Shown piece after piece: positions 39,901 through 47,505 of a stretch of 64,000 nt of DNA. Under the pieces are notes generated by a model that ran no database searches, had not been told where the DNA came from, and saw nothing but the letters and a program-made list of their open reading frames with translations. Source of the stretch: Pecten maximus (taxonomy: Eukaryota); NCBI RefSeq assembly GCF_902652985.1, contig NC_047023.1, positions 35,898,001-35,962,000 of the forward strand. Direction: 5' to 3'. The position numbers were made by a program, and so were the translations under genes. Position 1 is the first letter of the stretch; each line of letters begins with the position of its first letter.

Positions 39901-42900
39901 AAAAACTACGGCCCACAGATCACAGTCAAACGCCTGTCTACCAGGTATTAAGAACTCTTTCCACTTCATAGTCTTAAGCCTCTTTTAAAAATATTTAATT
40001 AAATAAGGCAGAGTCGTGATTACTTTAAAAGATTAAATCTATATGTCATAAGATAGTTTACAACATTTTTGACATAAGTGAACTTACATCAGAATTCATT
40101 ATACAATTTATGTTAATTTCTCTATTTAGGGGTAAGAAATGTAAGAGAACTTACATCAGAATTCATTACACAATTTGTATTAATTTCTCTATTTAGGGGT
40201 AAGAAATGTAAGCCGGTGTTCTCCCAGATTGCCCAGCAGGTTGTCAAACTGAAGGCAGAAGACTTAAGACTACCTGCTCGGGCCTGGAAGGTAAAACTGA
40301 TAGGAGAAGGAGCAGATGATGCTGGAGGTGTTTTTGACGATACCATTACAGAGATGTGTCAAGTAAGTAGACTTGTGTTTTAATCCTTGGTTTTTATCCT
40401 AGATTGTATCTGGGAAATTTATCCTGGTCTTAATTTAAAGGATATCTCATCGTTTGTTTGGATCCTCCTGTTTTTAGTGTTATGATACATGAGCTTTGTT
40501 TTTAGAAGATTTTTATATATTAATGCTTTCTTTGATAGGAGTTAGAGATGGGAGTAGTCCCGGTATTAATAACAACTCCAAATGCTCAGAACGACTCTGG
40601 AAACAATAGAGATAGGTAAGTATTACATGTACTTACATTAGTACAAGACTTAAGATTCACCAGTATCTACAAATACCAACTCACTATACTTTCCATTATC
40701 AATTCACTATGTCAGTATACATTGTACATAGTGTTAATACACTGTATAGGTACAAGTAGTTTTTTATTATCATTTGTCCTCCATCAAGGTTGTTGTTGAA
40801 CCCGTCACTGACTTCGGAGGAGGACCTGGCACTGTTTAAGTTCCTTGGTATCCTGTTTGGAGTGGCTATCAGGACAAAAAAGCCCCTGGACCTGCACTTG
40901 GCACCATGTGTCTGGAAGTTATTAGTCGGCATTCCACTGAAACATGAGGACCTGGAGGAGGTAAGTATTTACCTGTCAACATCCTCCATCAAACATGAGA
41001 ACCTAGAGGAGGTAAATGTGTTAATGGTCAATATCCTCCACTCAAACACAAAAACCAAGGGGAGGTAAGTAAGTTACTGTTCAACATTCTCCACTCAAAC
41101 ACGAGAACCAAGGGGAGGTAAGTAAGTTACTGGTCAATATCCTCCACTCAAACACGAGAACCAAGGGGAGGTAAGTAAGTTACTGGTCAACATCCTCCAC
41201 TCAAACACGAGAACCAAGGGGAGGTAAGTATTTACCTGCCAATATCCTCCATCAAACACGAGGACCAAGGGGAGGTAAGTAAGTTACTGGTCAATATCCT
41301 CCACTCAAACAAGAGAACCAAGGGGAGGTAAGTAAGTTACTGGTCAATATCCTCCACTCAAACACAAGAATTAAGCCGAGGTAAGTATATTGCTGGTCAA
41401 TATCATCCATCAAACATGAGAACCAAGGAGAGGTAAGTAAGTTACTGGTCAATATCCTCCACTCAAACACAAGAACCAAGGGGAGGTAAGTAAGTTACTG
41501 GTCAATATCCTCCATCAAACACGAGAACCAAGGGGAGGTAAGTATGTTACTGGTCAACATCCTCCACTCAAACACGAGAACCAAGGGGAGGTAAGTAAGT
41601 TACTGGTCAATATCCTCCACTCAAACACGAGGACCAAGGGGAGGTAAGTAAGTTACTGGTCAATATCCTCCATCAAACATGAGGACCAAGGGGAGGTAAG
41701 TATGTTACTGGTCAACATCCTCCACTCAAACACAAGGACCTGGAGGGTTTAGGTCAGCATCAGTCAACATTCCTCTAACATAGCGGGATCTTTATAATTA
41801 TTAACATCCTCCGCTCCTAAGCTTTAACCTAAAGACAGATGGTTGGTGTCCCAATCAAAGTTCTTTACTTAGTCTCCATTTTTAACTAAGGAAACTATTT
41901 ATAATAAGATATAACTATGTGTATAGAGACTGTTTATCTTAGATGTACTGTGTGTCCTCATTATAGATAGGGACATGACGTAATTGTATATTTACATTGT
42001 ATATTTTCTCTGTTTACAGAATATATTTACATGAAGATCTTTTGTATGAAGAGATTACATGAAATTATTGTGTGTTCACAGGTAGACCATCTATATATAC
42101 AGAGCCTGATTGGTATATCTGACATACAGAAGAGTGGAGTCAATGAGACAAACTTCCATGAGGTACACACTACTGTTTACATGACATTGACATTTACCAT
42201 GGTGGCATGTAATACTGAACTTTTTATCCTTTGTCATCTATCATCTGAGCCGAGTTGTTCAAAAGATGATTAGGCTAATAATAGTTTAACAACTATTTTC
42301 AAATCATGATCAAATGGATTCTGGTAACATTAACCTGACAAAAGTTATGGAACTTCTAAATATCTCTACAACTTGTCATTTTTAACGAAGATGTACTCAC
42401 AAATTTTGTAAGAAATAGAATCAAATATTTCACTAATCAAGTAATTAAGTTAACCATCTTTTGAACAACTTGGCCCTGTTGATTTAGCATGTAAATAATC
42501 AGATACTAGTTGCACATGGTGCATAGTTAACTGTAAAATTCCTTTTGCCTTTAAAACTTTAAATTTGAATATATGTCTTCCTCATTTTATTCGTAATTCG
42601 TCTGAACTTTAAATCTCTCTCTCAGATGGCTGTTAAAGTCCCATAGGGCACTTGTTAGCCAGTGAGCTTATGCCATGACATCAGTCATACAGCATCCATT
42701 AACATTTCCTTTAAATCATTACTAGTCCTGAACACCTGAATGGATTTTGATTACCTGAAGGTAAACTTAGTCTGGAGCATTATTTAGCAAATGAGATCTA
42801 ATGTTGTAAATGAAGGATGTGGCTCCCTGGGGTCCAATAGGGAAAATTGAGGTAAACCATTTAAAATGCTACTAGTCCTGAAGGACTGAATGAATATTGA

Positions 42901-45900
42901 TGAAGTTTGTTTGTGAGCATTATTGGACAAAGGAGATCTAATGTATAAACAGGGGGTGTGGAGGTTACCAGAATATCCAGGTGAGTGATGCAGGTTCTCT
43001 GGGCCTCCTGTATATTAATGTTGCCAGTAGAGTCAATATTTAGATATAATTAAATAGAAACCTGACAATGTGTTCTCAGTCAGGCCAACACTACAAAATT
43101 ACTGATGAGTGTGAGATTTTACCTAATTACCCCTAGCAAATACATGTATTTGTAGAATAGCGATGACTTAATTCCGTTTACAATTTTCCACAGTTCATTC
43201 CACTGGACAGTTTTCTGGGACAGAGTTCAGATGGTCGTCTAATTCCAGTGATCCCAGGTGGGAGTACAATTCGTCTCCACTTTCACAACAGACGAGACTA
43301 TGTTGAGGCCGTCCTTAACTACCGACTCCACGAGATGGATCAACAGGTGAGCTGTCTCCTTTAGGAAATAAAATGGTGTTATATAAAAATGGATTGAAGC
43401 CCAGATCTGATTTATTACCAATTCTTCCATTATCGAGAAGAAAATAAAAGACAAAAAAAACATCAAGGCAAAACCATAAGAAACTAGACATATGCAGAAA
43501 TAACACATAACTTTTTACTGCCAGCTTTTGTACTTAATATCCCACTAACCCTGTGAACCATTTTATTTCATAGCTGATGTATCACTATATCAACAAGAGG
43601 CCCATGGGCCTTAGCGGTCACCTGAATTTTGATATATTTTAGTATATTTGGCCCCTGTGCCCTTGAATGAAGGTCAAGGTCATCCACTTGAACAAACTTG
43701 GTAGCCCTTCATCCTAGCATGCTACAGACCCAATATCAGGTCTCTGGGCCTGTTGGTAATTGAGAAGAAGTTTAAAATGTAAATTGTTTACGACGGACAA
43801 TGGATGACACACGACGCCGGACAAAAGGCGATCGCAATAGGTCAACTGCGACTTTGTCTCAGGTGACCTAAAAATGTTGACATAGTTTGTTGTTATTTGT
43901 ATATTCAGAGCATATATCAGTAGTAAGCTTTTATTCAACACTCAGGTGAAGTTTAGGTTTAGATTGAGTTATGTGCATTGTGTGGCAAGAAACTCAAGTA
44001 TCTATGAATGTAACCCTAGTAACTATGAATGTAACCCTAGTAACTACAAATGTAACCCTAGTAACTACATATGTAACCCTAGTAACTACAAATGTAACCC
44101 TAGTAACTACAAATGTAACCATAGTAACTACATATGTAACCCTAGTAACTACAAATGTAACCATAGTAACTAAGAATGTAACCCTAGTAACTACAAATGT
44201 AACCCTAGTAACTACATATGTAACCCTAGTAACTACAAATGTAACCATAGTAACTACAAATGTAATCCTAGTAACTACAAATGTAACCCTAGTAACTACA
44301 AATGTAACCATAGTAACTACAAATGTAACCATAGTAACTACATATGTAACCCTAGTAACTACAAATGTAACCCTAGTAACTACAAATGTAACCCTAGTAA
44401 CTACAAATGTAACCCTAGTAACTACATATGTAACCCTAGTAACTACAAATGTAACCCTAGTAACTACAAATGTAATCCTAGTAACTACAAATGTAACCAT
44501 AGTAACTACAAATGTAACCATAGTAACTACAAATGTAACCATAGTAACTACAAATGTAACCATAGTAACTACATATGTAACCCTAGTAACTAGGAATGTA
44601 ACCCTAGTAACTAAGAATGTAACCCTAGTAACTATGAATGTAACCCTAGTAACTACATATGTAACCCTAGTAACTATGAATGTAACCCTAGTAACTACAA
44701 ATGTAACCCTATTAACTACAAATGTAACCCTAGTAACTACATGTTACCCTAGTAACTACAAATGTAACCCTATTAACTACAAATGTAACCCTAGTAACTA
44801 TGAATGTAATGTTGGAACAATAGGATTAACACTTTAATGTAACCATAGTAACTAAAATCTGATTGCTTACCTACAGGCAGCAGCAGTGAGGGAGGGCATG
44901 GCGTGGATCGTACCTGTGCCCTTGCTGACATTGCTCTCCCCACGGGCCCTGGAAACGATGGTTTGTGGAATGGAGGACATGAATGTGGACATCCTCCGTA
45001 AAGTCGTCAGGTAGGCCAGAATTATGTCTTTATCAGATTACAATTTCACACTTAAAATAACACAGGTTCACTGTGAAAGGCAATGTCAGATTTTATTGGA
45101 GTACATGGGTACAAGATATGTTATCACTGCAACTGGGTACAAGATATGATATCATGGCAGCTGGGTACAAGATGTGTTATCATGGCAGCTGGGTACAAGA
45201 TATGTTATCATGGTAACTGGGTACAAGATGTGTTATCATGGTAACTGGATACAAGATGTGTTATCATGGTAACTGGGTACAAGATGTGTTATCATGGTAA
45301 CTTGGTACAAGATGTGTTATCATGGTAACTGGATACAAGATGTGTTATCATGGTAACTGGGTACAAGATGCGTTATCATGGTAACTGGATACAAGATGTG
45401 TTATCATGGTAACTGGATACAAGATGTGATGTCATGGTAACTGGGTACAAGATACGGTATGTTATCTTGGTTACTGGGAACAAGACATGTTATCACTGCA
45501 ACTGGGTACAAGATAAGTTACCATGGCAACTGGGTACAAAATATGTTATTAAGGCATCTGGGTGCACTATATATATCATCACAGTAACTGGGTACACGAT
45601 GTATAATCATGGCCACTGTCAGGGTTTAGTTCTCCATTCAGACGACACCTGCCAGATCAAGTGAATTTCCTGTTTAGGTCAACAAGTATGATTAATTCAG
45701 TACACAATCACAAAACTTTAATGAATGTTGTGAAAGAAATGAAGTTTATTGAATTGCCAGATGTGTACAATGTAAAACATTACCTTTTATCAACATCCCC
45801 CTAACCCTCTCCTCACTCACCCACAGACAACTCCATCATATGTAGAATATACAGTGTGGTACCTTCTACAATTATTTTGAATATGCTTTTGGAATTCTAT

Positions 45901-47505
45901 AATACAATACAGGTGACTCTCCTCTACCAACAGAAGTATGCTTGCTGATTTATAAACAACCCTGTATATATCCTGAAGGTTGTTAGCCAGCAGTAGAAAT
46001 GTGGTACTATCAAACATTGTGTTGCTGTAACCAGCAGTATAAATGTATTGTGTCACTGTAGCCAGCAGTATAAACGTTATACTATCAGACATTGTGTCGC
46101 TGTAACCAGCAGTATAAACGTGGTACTATCAAACATTGTGTCGCTGTAGCCAGCAGTATAAATGTAGTACTATCTAACATTGTGTCACTGTAGCCAGCAG
46201 TATAAACGTGGTACTATCTAACATTGTGTCGCTGTAACCAGCAGTATAAATGTATTGTCGCTGTAGCCAGCAGTATAAACATAGTACTATCTAACATTGT
46301 GTCACTGTAACCAGCAGTATAAATGTAGTACTATCTAACATTGTGTCACTGTAACCAGCAGTATAAATGTATTGTCGCTGTAGCCAGCAGTATAAACATA
46401 GTACTATCTAACATTGTGTCACTGTAACCAGCAGTATAAATGTAGTACATGTACTATCAAACATTGTGTCACTGTAACCAGCAGTATAAACGTAGTACTA
46501 TCAAACATTGTGTCACTGTAACCAGCAGTATAAACGTAGTACTATCAAACATTGTGTGGCTGTAGCCAGCAGTATAAACGTAGTACTATCAAACATTGTG
46601 TCACTGTAACCAGCAGTATAAACATGGTACTATCAAACATTGTGTCGCTGTACGTAGCCAGCAGTATAAACGTTATACTATCAGACATTGTGTCGCTGTA
46701 CGTAGCCAGCAGTATAAACGTTATACTATCAGACATTGTGTCGCTGTAACCAGCAGTATAAACATGGTACTAACAAACATTGTGTCGCTGTAGCCAGCAG
46801 TATAAATGTGGTATTATCAAACATTGTGTCGCTGTAGCAATATAAGCATGACACTATCAAACATTGTGTCGCTGTAATAGCTGATTTTGTGTTTCACAGA
46901 TACCGAGGTATAGACGAAAAGAGTGAAGTGGTACGCTGGTTATGGGAAGTGCTGGAGTCTTTCAGCAATGATGAACGGATCCAATTCCTGCGTTTTGTGT
47001 CAGGGAGGACACGATTGCCAGCAAATCCCTCAGATATATCACAGCGATTCCAGATCATGAACTCTGATAGGGTTAGTCTCTATGAATTATATTTAGTTAA
47101 AAAAAAATAACAATTTACAGTATTACTTTGTGTGTTTGTATTTACACTCAACATTGTGAGGGCTTGTGTAGGCTGTCAGTTTTCTAATCTCTGTTGTAGT
47201 ATAGCTCTTTGTTATGAAATATTCAGATATTCAAATAAACTCTTATTAGATGTTAACTGATTAAAGATATGTTAAATTTCCATTTCTTTCTTTTTTCTCA
47301 ATTTTAGGGAGTGGATTGTCTGCCTACATCACAGACATGTTTCTTCCAACTTCGCCTTCCATCTTATCCTAGTCGTGAGGTTCTAAGTGAAAAGTTACGA
47401 TATGCCATATACAATTGCCGGTCAATTGATATGGACAACTATATGCTAGCAAGAAATGTGGAGAATGATGTGCCATCTGACGATGAAGGAATGGAATACA
47501 TGTAA
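792..47505 (+). CDS. HERC1: HERC1-like E3 ubiquitin ligase, 3' part (36 exons; the 5' part lies upstream of the window)
   Basis: Spliced translation follows the HERC1 domain order and motifs as I recall them: LATWMLEHP (UBA end), VCELC...HPGCG, LGEQA...[11 protein letters not shown]40 ([23 protein letters not shown]), RCC1 repeats ([26 protein letters not shown]) and HECT ([38 protein letters not shown]). Exon phases checked by hand are all compatible, apart from +1 A at 29866-29872. Confidence 0.95.
2040..2490 (+). mobile_element. Degraded mariner transposase fragment (boundaries approximate)
   Basis: [20 protein letters not shown] motif; a downstream frame gives [19 protein letters not shown], typical of the mariner C-terminus. 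Confidence 0.85.
2543..2703 (+). CDS. HERC1: HERC1 exon
   Basis: tttcag|, G|gtacgt; phase 2 to 1 fits neighbours. Confidence 0.7.
3374..3600 (+). CDS. HERC1: HERC1 exon (acidic linker)
   Basis: ttacag|, ATA|gtaagt; phases fit. Confidence 0.75.
4327..4429 (+). CDS. HERC1: HERC1 exon (VVCELC...HPGCG)
   Basis: ttacag|, A|gtgagt; conserved Cys/His motif. Confidence 0.85.
4441..8985. repeat. Intronic satellite, 42-bp unit (45- and 29-bp variants), interrupted by a MITE
   Basis: Unit aaccaaccatagtctagctagtacaaactctacttaacactg; starts about 12 bp after the exon donor at 4429. Confidence 0.97.
5820..7024. mobile_element. Non-autonomous DNA transposon (1.2 kb), 14-bp TIR, 6-bp TSD
   Basis: catacatgccatac...gtatggcatgtatg; AGCTTG on both sides; second copy at 30985-32146. 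Confidence 0.9.
9416..9661 (+). CDS. HERC1: HERC1 exon ([15 protein letters not shown])
   Basis: tatcag|, G|gtatat; matches the HERC1 CGSG.PYYLLC.TCR motif. Confidence 0.8.
10191..10367 (+). CDS. HERC1: HERC1 exon
   Basis: caatag|, T|gtatgt; donor chosen by phase; encodes [12 protein letters not shown]. Confidence 0.7.
10666..10840 (+). CDS. HERC1: HERC1 exon (LGEQA...[12 protein letters not shown])
   Basis: taacag|, AG|gtaagt. Confidence 0.85.
10789..11248 (+). repeat. 57-bp tandem array of exon end plus splice donor (~8 copies)
   Basis: Unit ...cacgcagtattgtaatgaaagctctgtctgtcctggctagtag|gtaagt; the first copy is the exon end. Confidence 0.95.
11558..11774 (+). CDS. HERC1: HERC1 exon ([17 protein letters not shown])
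   Basis: ttacag|, CAG|gtgaga. Confidence 0.85.
11935..13186 (+). mobile_element. Putative Crypton-like non-autonomous element with long terminal hairpin (left boundary approximate)
   Basis: ORF remnant 12430-12681 ([15 protein letters not shown]...KRRR..YDSDSE) resembles C-termini of DUF3504/Crypton-type proteins; hairpin with ~65-bp arms at 13042-13180. Confidence 0.5.
13385..13583 (+). CDS. HERC1: HERC1 exon ([11 protein letters not shown])
   Basis: ttttag|, T|gtaaat. Confidence 0.75.
14323..14967. repeat. 34-bp tandem repeat, ~19 copies
   Basis: ataaagctaaaatacggtcatggataaccagttt. Confidence 0.97.
16226..16565 (+). CDS. HERC1: HERC1 exon (start of WD40 region)
   Basis: tttcag|, AG|gtaaga; [27 protein letters not shown]. 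Confidence 0.9.
16625..17282 (+). repeat. 58-bp tandem array of splice acceptor plus exon start (~10-11 copies)
   Basis: Unit tgtttgttttgtcag|tggctatgatgccacactacgtctttggagtctgtattatata; the last copy is the exon start. Confidence 0.95.
17252..17454 (+). CDS. HERC1: HERC1 exon (WD40)
   Basis: tgtcag|, G|gtaagt; [10 protein letters not shown]. Confidence 0.85.
18174..18377 (+). CDS. HERC1: HERC1 exon (WD40)
   Basis: acacag|, G|gtaagt; [18 protein letters not shown]. Confidence 0.85.
18619..18743 (+). CDS. HERC1: HERC1 exon (WD40)
   Basis: cttcag|, CAG|gtagaa; [10 protein letters not shown]. Confidence 0.85.
18888..19090 (+). CDS. HERC1: HERC1 exon (WD40)
   Basis: ctccag|, AG|gtaata; [13 protein letters not shown]. 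Confidence 0.85.
19061..19435 (+). repeat. 50-bp tandem array of exon end plus donor (~7.5 copies)
   Basis: gggagactaaacacctgttgttgtcaag|gtaatgtaggtcagttatata. Confidence 0.95.
19529..19634 (+). CDS. HERC1: HERC1 exon (WD40)
   Basis: ttgcag|, GAA|gttagt; [15 protein letters not shown]. Confidence 0.75.
19964..20122 (+). CDS. HERC1: HERC1 exon (WD40)
   Basis: atacag|, TCT|gtgagt; LQGH...[11 protein letters not shown]. Confidence 0.8.
20726..20824 (+). CDS. HERC1: HERC1 exon (WD40)
   Basis: ctacag|, AAG|gtcaga; DGCLLQT. Confidence 0.8.
21245..21418 (+). CDS. HERC1: HERC1 exon
   Basis: tggcag|, AAG|gtactc; GLNQAPCL...QYLYEK. Confidence 0.85.
21805..22217 (+). repeat. 40-bp tandem array of acceptor plus exon start (~10 copies)
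   Basis: agatacatttctgtaatttatttcag|ccaatcatggtct. Confidence 0.95.
22206..22341 (+). CDS. HERC1: HERC1 exon
   Basis: tttcag|, G|gtaagg; [17 protein letters not shown]. Confidence 0.85.
22812..22960 (+). CDS. HERC1: HERC1 exon
   Basis: ttccag|, ATG|gtaaca; [18 protein letters not shown]...FPDSF. Confidence 0.8.
23541..23732 (+). CDS. HERC1: HERC1 exon (start of second RCC1-like domain)
   Basis: ttacag|, AAG|gtaact; [23 protein letters not shown]. Confidence 0.9.
23882..24034. mobile_element. Short palindromic MITE-like element
   Basis: acaggatttcagacaaatta / taatttgtctgaaatcctgt inverted pair with imperfect outer arms. Confidence 0.5.
25134..25272 (+). CDS. HERC1: HERC1 exon (RCC1 repeat)
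   Basis: tttcag|, G|gttagt; [25 protein letters not shown]. Confidence 0.9.
26154..26335 (+). CDS. HERC1: HERC1 exon (RCC1 repeat)
   Basis: ttccag|, CAG|gtaagc; [29 protein letters not shown]. Confidence 0.92.
26510..26890 (+). mobile_element. Degraded element with terminal imperfect hairpin (boundaries approximate)
   Basis: aatatggtgttatact / agtataacaccatatt inverted pair at about 26766-26860. Confidence 0.4.
27272..27427 (+). CDS. HERC1: HERC1 exon (RCC1 repeat)
   Basis: ttgtag|, TAT|gtaagt; [17 protein letters not shown]. Confidence 0.9.
29713..29939 (+). CDS. HERC1: HERC1 exon (RCC1 repeat; +1 A in assembly; GC donor)
   Basis: atacag|; VACGLNHTL...IKK, then the shifted frame reads [22 protein letters not shown]; G|gcaagt donor. 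Confidence 0.85.
30710..32613 (-). mobile_element. Helentron/HINE-like non-autonomous element with nested MITE
   Basis: Terminal palindrome agctcacc...ggtgagct, (GTCC)n microsatellite, internal repeats, other end caggtgagc...ggccc/gggcctcttgtt in a T-run. Confidence 0.75.
30985..32146. mobile_element. Second copy of the 1.2-kb CATACATGCC-TIR element
   Basis: catacatgccatat...atatggcatgtatg; TSD TCAGAA/TCAGGA; colinear with 5820-7024. Confidence 0.9.
32980..33227 (+). CDS. HERC1: HERC1 exon (RCC1 repeat)
   Basis: caacag|, CAG|gtaggt; [31 protein letters not shown]. Confidence 0.9.
33189..34624 (+). repeat. 51/57-bp in-frame tandem array of exon end plus donor (27 copies; 2 more degenerate copies at 37226-37335)
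   Basis: caactggtaccctgtctcacaggcaatatcgtcaaacag|gtaggttatcta; gives the 531-aa read-through ORF. Confidence 0.97.
34625..37225 (+). mobile_element. 5'-truncated LINE (CR1/L2-group-like) reverse transcriptase, one frameshift
   Basis: RT motifs [41 protein letters not shown]; C-terminal CxC..E..H motif; aataaa plus (TGAAA)3 tail; 10-bp TSD AACTGGTACA (34615-34624 and 37226-37235). Confidence 0.93.
37600..38020 (+). mobile_element. Non-autonomous element with long terminal hairpin (Crypton-like, tentative; left boundary approximate)
   Basis: Hairpin 37869-38008: atcatgggtctgttccg...cggaacagacccatgat and gtaagagtttggc...gccaaactcttac. Confidence 0.5.
38236..38466 (+). CDS. HERC1: HERC1 exon
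   Basis: tctcag|, CAG|gtgcgt; [25 protein letters not shown]. Confidence 0.9.
39506..39600. repeat. 19-bp tandem repeat, 5 copies
   Basis: tcagtataaatctgtaaag. Confidence 0.95.
39775..39944 (+). CDS. HERC1: HERC1 exon
   Basis: ccacag|, AG|gtatta; [13 protein letters not shown]...[12 protein letters not shown]. Confidence 0.9.
40080..40212 (+). repeat. 67-bp two-copy duplication of acceptor plus exon start
   Basis: gaacttacatcagaattcatta...taatttctctatttag|gggtaagaaatgtaag twice; AGs end at 40129 and 40196. Confidence 0.95.
40197..40362 (+). CDS. HERC1: HERC1 exon (start of HECT)
   Basis: atttag|, CAA|gtaagt; [26 protein letters not shown]. Confidence 0.92.
40539..40615 (+). CDS. HERC1: HERC1 exon (HECT)
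   Basis: tgatag|, AG|gtaagt; [15 protein letters not shown]...NRDR. Confidence 0.88.
40789..40960 (+). CDS. HERC1: HERC1 exon (HECT)
   Basis: atcaag|, GAG|gtaagt; [24 protein letters not shown]. Confidence 0.9.
40930..41747 (+). repeat. 51-53-bp tandem array of exon end plus donor (~15 copies)
   Basis: cctccactcaaacacgagaaccaaggggag|gtaagtaagttactggtcaatat, derived from cattccactgaaacatgaggacctggaggag|gtaagt. Confidence 0.93.
42082..42162 (+). CDS. HERC1: HERC1 exon (HECT)
   Basis: tcacag|, GAG|gtacac; VDHLYIQSL...NFHE. Confidence 0.85.
42249..42476. mobile_element. Small MITE with imperfect TIRs
   Basis: gccgagttgttcaaaagatg ... catctttttgaacaacttggc. Confidence 0.55.
43194..43346 (+). 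CDS. HERC1: HERC1 exon (HECT)
   Basis: ccacag|, CAG|gtgagc; [13 protein letters not shown]...YRLHEMD. Confidence 0.9.
43592..43872 (+). mobile_element. Short Helentron/HINE-like element
   Basis: aacaagaggcccatgggcc start, GGAC-type microsatellite remnant, terminal palindrome taggtca...tgaccta before an A-run. Confidence 0.7.
44001..44855. repeat. 21-bp tandem repeat, ~39 copies
   Basis: tgtaaccctagtaactacaaa; ends about 20 bp before the acceptor at 44876. Confidence 0.97.
44877..45010 (+). CDS. HERC1: HERC1 exon (HECT)
   Basis: ctacag|, AG|gtaggc; [15 protein letters not shown]...LETMVCG. Confidence 0.9.
45105..45610. repeat. 28-bp tandem repeat, ~17 copies
   Basis: ggtacaagatgtgttatcatggtaactg. 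Confidence 0.93.
45985..46877. repeat. ~44-bp tandem repeat, ~21 copies
   Basis: ccagcagtataaacgtagtactatcaaacattgtgtcgctgtag; ends 22 bp before the acceptor at 46899. Confidence 0.95.
46900..47071 (+). CDS. HERC1: HERC1 exon (HECT C-lobe)
   Basis: tcacag|, AGG|gttagt; [28 protein letters not shown]. Confidence 0.92.
47308..47505 (+). CDS. HERC1: HERC1 terminal coding exon (catalytic Cys)
   Basis: ttttag|; [16 protein letters not shown]...[11 protein letters not shown]; TAA stop. Confidence 0.92.
   Translation, partial: GVDCLPTSQTCFFQLRLPSYPSREVLSEKLRYAIYNCRSIDMDNYMLARNVENDVPSDDEGMEYM

Noticed and set aside
43946-44837. Thr/Val/Asn-rich ORFs on both strands (mucin- or antifreeze-like)
   Set aside because: By-product of a 21-bp intronic tandem repeat; the HECT exons on either side join in frame without it.
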